Origin: an uncultured cyanobacterium
GTDB lineage: Bacteria; Cyanobacteriota; Cyanobacteriia; CAKZMO01
Assembly (NCBI GenBank): GCA_963719515.1
Contig: CAVRCJ010000007.1
Span: 130,287-194,286, forward strand
Direction of reading: 5' to 3'
DNA: 64,000 nt
The notes below the pieces were generated by a model, which saw only the letters and a program-made list of their open reading frames with translations, was not told the origin of the DNA and did not search any database. Position numbers and translations under genes: made by a program. Shown here piece after piece: positions 31,473 to 39,931 of this stretch (the first letter of the stretch is position 1; every line of letters starts with the position of its first letter).

Positions 31473-32507
31473 CTAAACGGCCAGCGGCTGCTCACTTTGA
31501 TATAGCGATCGCAGTCGGCTGACGTCGCTGTTAAACCAGTCCCGCAGCCACTGGGCGTAACGCTCGGCGGCGATCGCGTCTGAGCAGCGCCCCTGCAGGC
31601 AGGCAGAGATTCCGTGAGCTGCCTGCAGCCCTGACATCAGCGCCTTGAGAACGCCGTGGGACGACGCTGGGTCGAGCACGAAGGCCGCATCGCCCATCAG
31701 GACCCACTGCTCGCCCGCCAGCGTTTCGTTAATCCGCCAGGTGACATCCTCACCCCGACTCGGGCCTGCCGGACAAAGCGCCTGCAGAGAGGGGGGCCAC
31801 CAGCCCTGGCCAGGGTCTGCGCCGTCGAAGCGCATCCGCACCCAAGCGCAGCGGTCGCGGCGAACCCGCGCCACCCAAGTCCAGCCGTCGGCGTCGCGGC
31901 GCATGAGGGGTAAATCAAACCGGGTGACCTCTTCTGGACAGACCGCATAGCCGTAGCGGGCGCGCAGCGGGGGCGAATGGAGGATGGACCGCAGCCCCAG
32001 CTGACGAGAGAGCCATTGCGATCGCCCTGACCCATCCAGGAGGTACTGGGCTTGAACCGAACCTCGATCGGTATCGAGCCTGAGAGGTTCTCCCTGGTGA
32101 GGGGCACTCTTTAGAGTAGAGGCGCGAACCCGACAGGGTTGCCAAACTGTTGTGCCACAGTCGATCGCCCGCTGCAGCAAGATCTGATCGAGTTCCGGTC
32201 GCCAGGCCTGATAGCCTTGCCAGTCGCCCCGCTCATCGCGGCCAAAGGGCTCCATCCGCTCAGGGCATCCCGCTTCCCAGGCTACCCGATGACCCGGATG
32301 ACGGATAAAGCCAGCGGCGTTTACCTCTGCCGCCACTCCCAAAGTTTCAAACAGCGGCTCGATGCCAGGATGGAGTGATTCTCCAGGGCGGTGTCTAGGA
32401 AACTCAGCGGCTTCGAGGAGGATAACCCGGAAGCCAGAGCGGGCCAGGGCGATCGCAGCTGCACACCCAGCGGGACCGGCACCAATAACGGCGGCATCGT
32501 AGATCAT
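31473..32507 (-). CDS. FAD-dependent monooxygenase, LodB/GoxB/QhpG-like (often labelled tryptophan halogenase-like)
   Basis: GAGPAG, RHRPGESL, DGSGR, DGWTW, GDAAFVLDPASSHGVLKALMSG; ATG at 32507. Confidence 0.85.
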   Translation of the reverse strand: MIYDAAVIGAGPAGCAAAIALARSGFRVILLEAAEFPRHRPGESLHPGIEPLFETLGVAAEVNAAGFIRHPGHRVAWEAGCPERMEPFGRDERGDWQGYQAWRPELDQILLQRAIDCGTTVWQPCRVRASTLKSAPHQGEPLRLDTDRGSVQAQYLLDGSGRSQWLSRQLGLRSILHSPPLRARYGYAVCPEEVTRFDLPLMRRDADGWTWVARVRRDRCAWVRMRFDGADPGQGWWPPSLQALCPAGPSRGEDVTWRINETLAGEQWVLMGDAAFVLDPASSHGVLKALMSGLQAAHGISACLQGRCSDAIAAERYAQWLRDWFNSDVSRLRSLYQSEQPLAV

Positions 32508-33046
32508 ATCGAGACGGTGTAGTAGCGCTTGACGACTAGCAGGCAATCACGTGAAGCCCAAAGAACCACTTCAGCGCCGCTATCACTTATTACGACCTGG
32601 CTTTACAACTCTTAACCCTATTGGGTTTGAGGCGACTTCGTCCCCCCGCTCATAAGCAACCTCTTGCCAGAGTCTAAAGCAGTCCTCTCGAATACCGTCG
32701 CTGCCCGACGTTTAAGCTTTGTGCAGCTTGCGCATAATTAAAATTCAGGAATTGCATATCTGGGCAAGAGCGGCAGATTTATCGGGTTATCGTTGATTTA
32801 AGAGGGGTCTTCCGCGCAAAATTTGTAGCGCAAAAAGCTCTACTGTTGGTGTCTACAGCCTTACTCCATTTCGCTATGTGAAGTCTGGACTTTATCAGGT
32901 TACAAAGCATTACTTATGGCAGGGGCTAGCGGGCTGTAGCAGCAGTAGGCGGCTAGAATGAGGCGACGCGCAATACGCGTGTTGCTGATTTGCATTTGTG
33001 AAACTGCGCAAACGTTCAGCCATGCCAATATCCCAGGAGTCCATCA

Positions 33047-33493
33047 ATGAATGGTCGTCGTAACTATTGTGGGTTCAACCTCTCCAATCGAGATTTTTCG
33101 GGACAGGATCTCAGGGGCGTCAGCTTTAAGAATGCGATTCTTAGGGGAGCCAACTTTTCCCAGGCTAATTTAGAGAGAGCTGACTTTTCTAGCGCTTACC
33201 TGGACAGTGCTGACTTCAGCAGAGCCAACCTTTTTGGGGCGACCTTTAAAAGAGCCTATCTGGCGGGTTCGACTTTAAGGCAAGCCGATTTGACCGCTAC
33301 CGTTTTCAGAAATGCTTATTTGCTCGATGTCAATCTTGAGCAGGTTATTCTATACGACGCCGACTTCGCCTATGCCGACCTCACGGGGGCTGTCGTCGAT
33401 GGTCCTAGCTTGAGCCTTTGCCGCCTTTCAAACGCGACGCTGCCAGATGGGACAAGATCTCAGGCTGACCCACGGGAAACGCTAGTGGGCTAG
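33047..33493 (+). CDS. Pentapeptide repeat protein
   Basis: Continuous A(D/N)(F/L)xx repeats ending ATLPDG. Confidence 0.92.
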   Translation: MNGRRNYCGFNLSNRDFSGQDLRGVSFKNAILRGANFSQANLERADFSSAYLDSADFSRANLFGATFKRAYLAGSTLRQADLTATVFRNAYLLDVNLEQVILYDADFAYADLTGAVVDGPSLSLCRLSNATLPDGTRSQADPRETLVG

Positions 33494-33568
33494 CTTGAAG
33501 ATTGACAAGCTCGGGGTCTTGAAAGAGACTTAAACTGTTGTTCGCTAAAAGCAGCTTAAGCCATTGCT

Positions 33569-34483
33569 TTGACGAGGTTTTTGTTGGATTTCGCTACCCA
33601 TGAACGCTACAGCTACTCCGCAATTCCCCAAAGACCCGATTACGACTGGCCTGAGGGAAAGCGACTAGCGATTTACATCGCGCTAAATTTAGAGCATTTT
33701 GCCTTTGGGGAAGGCCTCGGGGCACAGCTTGCACCGGGCGGCCCTCAGCCCGATGTCCTCAACTACGCCTGGAGAGACTACGGCAATCGGGTAGGGGTTT
33801 GGCGGTTGCTAGAGCTGTTTGACGCGCTGGATTTGCCGGTAGCGCTACTCGCAAACTCGACGCTATATGACTATTGCCCTCAGGTGATAAAAGCTTTTCG
33901 CAGCCGCCAAGACGAGGTAGTTGCCCACGGGCGCACCAACTCTGAGCGTCAGAGCACTTTCTCAGAAGAGGGAGAAGTCGCGTTAATTCGCGAGACGACG
34001 GAGATGCTAACCCGTCATGAGGGCCAAGCGCCCCAGGGCTGGCTCGGCCCCTGGATTGCTCAAAGCCACGTCACCCCCGACCTGCTGCAAGAAGCCGGCT
34101 ATAGCTATCAGATGGACTGGTGCTGTGACGACCAGCCCATTTGGTTCAAGACGCGGCAGGGAAAAATTCTAGCGCTGCCCTACCCTCAAGAAATTAACGA
34201 CATTCCGGCGATCGCTGTGCGCTGCACGTCAGCCCCAGAGTTTGCGGAGATGATTGTCGATCAGTATGAGGAAATGAAGCAGCAGTCTCTGCAGCAGCCG
34301 TTGGTCTACGGCATCGCTCTCCATGCCTACATTGTCGGTCAGCCCTTTCGGCTTCGCCACCTGCGGCGAGCGCTAGAGCACATTGTCAAAGACGCTGGCC
34401 GTCACAGCGATCGAGTCTGGCTCACCCATCCCGGAAAGATCTCGCAGCATATCTATTCGCTTCCGGAGGGCATTGTGTCCTAA
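33569..34483 (+). CDS. Polysaccharide deacetylase family protein (PuuE-like clade)
   Basis: WPEGKRLA, DYGNRVGVWR, EVVAHG, GWLGP, DDQP, ALHAYIVGQPFR. Confidence 0.85.
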   Translation: MTRFLLDFATHERYSYSAIPQRPDYDWPEGKRLAIYIALNLEHFAFGEGLGAQLAPGGPQPDVLNYAWRDYGNRVGVWRLLELFDALDLPVALLANSTLYDYCPQVIKAFRSRQDEVVAHGRTNSERQSTFSEEGEVALIRETTEMLTRHEGQAPQGWLGPWIAQSHVTPDLLQEAGYSYQMDWCCDDQPIWFKTRQGKILALPYPQEINDIPAIAVRCTSAPEFAEMIVDQYEEMKQQSLQQPLVYGIALHAYIVGQPFRLRHLRRALEHIVKDAGRHSDRVWLTHPGKISQHIYSLPEGIVS

Positions 34484-34509
34484 GTGAGCCTCGGTGCTAG
34501 AAGCGTTTC

Positions 34510-36960
34510 TTAGCTTTGCTCTAGAGGGATGATTACCTGAAACTCCGTGCCCTTTAAGGGCTCTGATCTGCAGATCAGGTGACCGCCGTGCTTGTCGGAC
34601 ACGATTTGGTGGCTAATCGAGAGCCCCAGTCCCGTCCCTTTGCCCACAGGTTTGGTCGTGAAAAATGGGTCAAAGAGCCTGTGATGATGCTCGGTTGGAA
34701 TGCCGGGACCGTTGTCGCAGACGGTAATGACGACCTGGTCCTTTTGGGTTTGGGTCTTGATCTTGATGTAGGGCGGCTCGGTGGCCGCTTGTCGCTCACC
34801 GTCTACAATTTGCTGGTCTAATGCGTCTATGGCGTTGCCGATCAAATTCATAAACACCTGGTTGAGCTGGCTGGGATAGCATTCAACTAGCGGTAGGGTT
34901 CCGTATTCCTTGATCACCTGAATTTTGGCGCGGCTGGCCTGCACTTTGAGGTGGTGCTGCAAGATGAGCAGCGTACTGTCTAGGCCCTCGTGGATATCTA
35001 TCGCCTTTTTCTCCGCTTCGTCTAAGCGGGAAAAGGTGCGCAGCGACATCACGATTTGATGGATGCGCATGCTGCCAATCTCAACGGACCTTAGAACTTT
35101 ATGCAAATCCTCTATCAAATAGTCTAGTTCTATTGTCTCAATGAGCTGGGCGATCGCGGGGGGCGGGGCGGGATAGCACTGTTGATAGAGCGTCAAAAGC
35201 TGGGTCAAATTGCCGTAGTAGCGCTGGAGGTAGACCACGTTGCCGTGAATAAAGTTCACGGGATTGTTGATTTCGTGGGCAATGCCGGCCACCATTCTCC
35301 CCAGGCTTGACATCTTCTCGGTCTGAATCAGCTGGGACTGAGCCTGTTTGAGATCGCGCAGCGCCACTTCCAGCTGATCAGCTTTCTCCTGGGCGATCGC
35401 GGCACTGCGCTGAGTTTGGGCGTAGAGTTCTGCCTGCTGGATGGCAACGCCAAACTGTCCGGCTAGAGACTGCAGCAGCTCAATTTCCCCCTCTGTCCAC
35501 TGCCGGGAATTAGAACACTGATGGGTGATCAACAGTCCCCAGAGGTTTTCTTGTACCAAGATAGGCACAATCAAATTAGCCCGTACATCGAGACGTCTCA
35601 GAAAGTCTCGATGACACTCGTTGATCTCCGCCGTCTCAATATCGGCGATCGCCCTCATGCGCCCCTGGCGATAGAGCGTTGCATATTCTTCAGCAAAGCA
35701 GTTGTCTGCGCCGATATCTCCCAAGGTTGAGCCCCAGGGCTCGATCACAGACTCAACAACAACTTGTCCATGCCAGCTTTCTTCAAAGCGATAGATTGCC
35801 ACTCGGTCAGATTGAAGAAGCTGACGAATCTCATGCACCGTTGTCTGCTGGATGATCTCTGGCTTGAGGGAGCGGCGAATCTGGCTAGAGATTCGGTTGA
35901 GTAGCCCTCTTTGCTTGGCGAGTTTCTGGAACGTTTCTCGCGATCGCGTCAGCAGGTCTTCTGCAATTTTGCGCTCGGTAATGTCTTCAATAGCGCCCAG
36001 TAGCCCAATGACGTTGCCCGCCTCATCGTGCAGGGGGAGTTTGCTGGTCTCTCTCCAGCTGATGCGGCCATCCGCCTCGCGCTGAGACTGCTTAATGCGC
36101 AGCATCGGCCTGTCGGTGTCCATCACCTGGCGATCGCATTCTATATACCAGTCGCGCTGCTCTTTGGTCCAGGGAAGGTCGTCATCCGTCAGCCCCACGA
36201 CGTTGCTGGGGTCGCCGATTCCCGCCATCTCGGCCCAGCGTCGATTGCAGCCCATGTAGACAGAGTTGCGGTCTTTCCAAAAGACATGCTGGAGGATGTT
36301 ATCTAGAACGAGCTGCAAAAATTCGGTGGTTTGGTATACCAGAGCGGACCCAGCTGAACTCGCCTCTACTGGTTTAATCGATTTGGAGGAAGGTGACAGG
36401 TTCCAGGCGGTCTGCTCCAGCGTTGTGGAGACTCTAGACAGCGAGGGTTCTTCCATACTGGGCATCTGAGCCGTAATCAAATCCTCTACGGATTGTTCGG
36501 CCTCTGGGCGCTCCAGCAGCTGCGATCGCCGCTTTACTTGAGGCACCGCTTCCCGGCTTATGGTCAAAATTTGGTGTACCTGCCCCTGCGAGTCGGGGAT
36601 CGGCGTGTAGGTGGTGTCGTAGAGCCTGACGCCCTCTGCGGTGGGAAAGGGGTGAATTCGCCTTTCTGCCCTGCCGTGCTGTAGAACGGCGGCGATCGCG
36701 TCATCCACCTGCCGCCAGTAGCTCTGAATCGCAATTGGCTTTTGAATGCGGGCCGCCAAATCCGCTAGGTCAGCGTTCGTCTGGTTGAGCAACGTTTCGG
36801 CGCTGCAGTCGAGAGCCTTGACCAAGGCGGGGCTGACCGCACAGTAACGGCGATCGCGCCCATAGCAGGCCATAACTTCTAGCGATCGCGTCACTAGCTG
36901 CTGCAGCCCGTCTAGGGCAAGTTGTGAGGACTCTGAGCCACGGAAATCTGCAGCTTTCAT
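34510..36960 (-). CDS. PAS-PAS-GAF(DXCF cyanobacteriochrome)-histidine kinase
   Basis: GAF with DNCF (35695-35706) and CH (35611-35616); H-box GIAHEINNP; FFTTKPVGKGTGLGL. Confidence 0.9.
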   Translation of the reverse strand: MKAADFRGSESSQLALDGLQQLVTRSLEVMACYGRDRRYCAVSPALVKALDCSAETLLNQTNADLADLAARIQKPIAIQSYWRQVDDAIAAVLQHGRAERRIHPFPTAEGVRLYDTTYTPIPDSQGQVHQILTISREAVPQVKRRSQLLERPEAEQSVEDLITAQMPSMEEPSLSRVSTTLEQTAWNLSPSSKSIKPVEASSAGSALVYQTTEFLQLVLDNILQHVFWKDRNSVYMGCNRRWAEMAGIGDPSNVVGLTDDDLPWTKEQRDWYIECDRQVMDTDRPMLRIKQSQREADGRISWRETSKLPLHDEAGNVIGLLGAIEDITERKIAEDLLTRSRETFQKLAKQRGLLNRISSQIRRSLKPEIIQQTTVHEIRQLLQSDRVAIYRFEESWHGQVVVESVIEPWGSTLGDIGADNCFAEEYATLYRQGRMRAIADIETAEINECHRDFLRRLDVRANLIVPILVQENLWGLLITHQCSNSRQWTEGEIELLQSLAGQFGVAIQQAELYAQTQRSAAIAQEKADQLEVALRDLKQAQSQLIQTEKMSSLGRMVAGIAHEINNPVNFIHGNVVYLQRYYGNLTQLLTLYQQCYPAPPPAIAQLIETIELDYLIEDLHKVLRSVEIGSMRIHQIVMSLRTFSRLDEAEKKAIDIHEGLDSTLLILQHHLKVQASRAKIQVIKEYGTLPLVECYPSQLNQVFMNLIGNAIDALDQQIVDGERQAATEPPYIKIKTQTQKDQVVITVCDNGPGIPTEHHHRLFDPFFTTKPVGKGTGLGLSISHQIVSDKHGGHLICRSEPLKGTEFQVIIPLEQS

Positions 36961-37679
36961 AGGTTAGCGATGAGCGGTCTCGACAAGGGCTCTCTGATGA
37001 TAGATCGACTGATAGATCGACAGTGGATAGCGCCCTAGTTCCCTCTTGATTGACTAGTTTCGTCTGTGACATCCTCCCGACGCTGACAGCAAGCTGTACA
37101 GCGCGGGCTTCCTCAGTGACTCCCAGCTATTGCCGAGACATATCCTGAGATAGGTTTATGCTCCGCCTGATGCCCCACGGCAGAGTTTTGAATTTTCATC
37201 TCCGCGAGGGAGGATACGCACTATGTGTCGCAGATACATTTGCAAACTGAGGAACGGGTGACTTGCAGCTTTCGCCTACGGGCCCGTCACACTCTTTGCG
37301 GGGTGTATCACCTTGCTATCTCTATCATACCAACTGCTAGCCTCAGCGCTGCCCGCACCATCCGCTGTGCATCATTTTGCGGGCGCACTTCGGCTAGCGC
37401 GACTCTCATCCCGACGCACACCCTAGCGGGTAGAGCGCGGGGCTTCTCGTCTAGTCGCTAAATCTGCATTCCTTGTAAGCCGCAAGCTTCATTCACTCTA
37501 ACACTTGTAAATTAACACTTGTAAATAGGCTCGCCGGGCGGTGGCGGCGCTCCTTACACGTAAATTTGACGGTTGGCTATGATCAAGCGCACATTCAACA
37601 CGGCTAAAGCCTAATATCCTATTGAGAGCTTTCAGCCTTTGCCCCCCCATTACCCTTCGTCATCAACAGGAATTACTCT

Positions 37680-38975
37680 ATGGTGTTTGAACCCGGAAGA
37701 TGGCGTGTCATTCGCCGTCGGAACTTTCTCAAAGGTCTAGCCAGCTTTGGCTCCGTCATTGTTTTAGCGAAGCTCACCGGCTGCGCCGACTCAGATCCCT
37801 CTACGGCGGACGGCGACGCTGCGGACGGTGAGGCTCCAGCGGCTGCAGACGCTGGCGAGGCTGGCTCCGAGGCCACGGGCGAGCCGGTCAAGCTGGGACT
37901 GGTTGCCGCGATTACCGGCCCCTCTGCTCTTTCCGGAGAATCCATCACGCGAGGGCTGGAGGTGGCGATCGCTGAGATCAACGTCAATGGCGGCGTCCTG
38001 GGGGGCCGTCCGATTGAGCTCGTCATTCGCGATGACGAATCTACCCCGGCTAAGGGGGTTGCAGCTGCCCGAGAGCTCATTGAGCAAGAGGACGTGGCGG
38101 TAGTGTTTGGCGGGCTAGATTCCCCAGTATCCCTAGCGATGCTGCCCGTCGTTCATGAGCTGGAAACGCCCTACATGGGGGTATGGGCTGCGGCTACAGG
38201 CATCACCCGCAACGACTTCGAACCCAACTATGCGTTCCGGGTGTCCGCCAACGACAATATCGTCGACAACTTTCTGATGCGCTACGCCAAGGAAGAGACG
38301 GGGGCCTCCAAGGTGGGGCTAGTGCTAATTAACAACCCCTGGGGTGAGTCCAACCAAAAGGGCTTTGAGGAATGGGCTTCGGAATACGACGTCGAAATCG
38401 TCGGTATCGAGAAATTTAACGACGGGGACACTGACGTCTCAGCGCAGCTGGGTCGCCTCAAGGACGCTGGCGCGGAGACCCTGCTGCTGGTGGCTAATGC
38501 GGCCCCCGGTGCCCAGATGATGAAGTCTCTAGCACGCCTTAGCTGGGATGTGCCTGTGGTCTCCCACTGGGGCATTTCTGGGGGACGCTTCCCTGAGCTC
38601 GCGGGAACCGAAGCCGCCGATAAGGTCACCTTTGTACAGACCTACAGCTTCTACGGCGACCAAAGCCCGGTGGGCGATCGCGTGCTGACGGCCCTAGACG
38701 AGAAATACGGCCTGGCCGGCCCCAAGGAAATTTTGGCGCCCGTCGGCACCGCCAATTCCTACGACGCGATGCACCTGGTGGCCCTAGCGCTGAATACTGC
38801 TGAGACGACCGATGGCCCTGCGCTTCGAGAAGCGTTTTACGACCTCCCCACTTACGAGGGTCTGATCAAAACCTACGACGCCCCCTTCAGCCCTGACAAC
38901 CACGACGCCCTTAGCGAAGACGACTACGTCTTGGTGCAGTGGGAGGGAACTGAAATCGTGCCTATTGAGTCCTAG
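37680..38975 (+). CDS. Liv/HAAT-family ABC substrate-binding lipoprotein
   Basis: RRRNFLK Tat motif, LTGC lipobox, INVNGGVLGGRPIELVIRDD; start uncertain. Confidence 0.88.
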   Translation: MVFEPGRWRVIRRRNFLKGLASFGSVIVLAKLTGCADSDPSTADGDAADGEAPAAADAGEAGSEATGEPVKLGLVAAITGPSALSGESITRGLEVAIAEINVNGGVLGGRPIELVIRDDESTPAKGVAAARELIEQEDVAVVFGGLDSPVSLAMLPVVHELETPYMGVWAAATGITRNDFEPNYAFRVSANDNIVDNFLMRYAKEETGASKVGLVLINNPWGESNQKGFEEWASEYDVEIVGIEKFNDGDTDVSAQLGRLKDAGAETLLLVANAAPGAQMMKSLARLSWDVPVVSHWGISGGRFPELAGTEAADKVTFVQTYSFYGDQSPVGDRVLTALDEKYGLAGPKEILAPVGTANSYDAMHLVALALNTAETTDGPALREAFYDLPTYEGLIKTYDAPFSPDNHDALSEDDYVLVQWEGTEIVPIES

Positions 38976-39059
38976 GGTGCCCGAACTGGCAATGCCCTGG
39001 GGAAGGCAAGACTTGACCTAGGGCTCTTCTACCGGTGAATTGCAGAGGCTTAAAGCGCT

Positions 39060-39929
39060 ATGTGGCCACAGCTCATCCTCTCCGGCGTGGCGATTGGCAG
39101 CATGTATGGCCTAGTCGCTCTGGGGTTCCAAATTACCTACGCCGTCTCCAACACGATGAACTTTTCCCAAGGGGCCTTTGTCATGGTGGGGGCGGTGCTG
39201 TGCTACAGCCTCAATATCACCTGGGGGTTACCCGCCCTTCTGGCCGTTCCCGCAACCCTACTGCTCTGCGCCGGGCTGGGGGTGGCGGTAGAGCAATGGG
39301 CCGTGCGCCCCTTTGCTCAGGGCGGCTCCAATGCCTGGCTTCTCAGCACCATCGCCCTGGGCATTATTGCCGAGAATTTGGCGATGGTTACCTTTGGGCG
39401 GGAGGTGCGGGGCTATCCCTCTCCCCTAGCCGAGTCCCCAGTAGCAATCTTGGGCTTCGGCGTCTTTCCCCTAGAGCTGCTGATTCCCGTGGTGGGGTTG
39501 ACGGCGGCGATCGCCCTCCGTATCCTGTTTACCCAAACTTTGCTGGGCAAAGCTTTTCAGGCGGTAAGCGAAAGCCCAGAGACAGCCCAGCTGATGGGGG
39601 TGCCGGTGCTGCGGCTAACGGCCTTTTCCTTTGCCCTCTCGACGGTGATGGCCGGTCTGGCAGGCATGCTGATTGCCCCCATCGCCAATGTCTCAGCCAC
39701 CATGGGCACGCTGCTGGGGCTGAAGGCTTTCGCCACCGCAATCATCGGCGGGCTGAGTAGCCCGTGGGGCATCGTGGTGGCGGGGGTGGCCTACGGCGTG
39801 GTGGAGTCGATAGCCGCAGGGGTGCTGGGGGGCAGCTACCGAGAAATTATCGGCTTTGCGGTGGTGATTTTGGTGCTAGCTCTGCGGCCCAACGGCCTAT
39901 TTGGTCGCGCTCAAATCGAGAAGGTATAG
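39060..39929 (+). CDS. LivH-like ABC permease
   Basis: YGLVALG, NFSQG, KAFATAIIGGL, RPNGLFG. Confidence 0.9.
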   Translation: MWPQLILSGVAIGSMYGLVALGFQITYAVSNTMNFSQGAFVMVGAVLCYSLNITWGLPALLAVPATLLLCAGLGVAVEQWAVRPFAQGGSNAWLLSTIALGIIAENLAMVTFGREVRGYPSPLAESPVAILGFGVFPLELLIPVVGLTAAIALRILFTQTLLGKAFQAVSESPETAQLMGVPVLRLTAFSFALSTVMAGLAGMLIAPIANVSATMGTLLGLKAFATAIIGGLSSPWGIVVAGVAYGVVESIAAGVLGGSYREIIGFAVVILVLALRPNGLFGRAQIEKV

Positions 39930-39931
39930 GT

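Noticed and set aside
31473..32507. Tryptophan halogenase call for the flavoprotein
   Set aside because: Only ~345 aa, and GWTWVA lacks the WxWxIP ending; size, motifs and context fit LodB/QhpG better.
37224..37239. Possible NtcA site (TGTGTCGCAGATACA)
   Set aside because: Spacing is one base short of GTA-N8-TAC and it is far from either start codon.
39764..39931. Gly/Arg-rich N-terminus of the 879-aa ORF
   Set aside because: Out-of-frame overlap with livH; the real start is ATG 39932.
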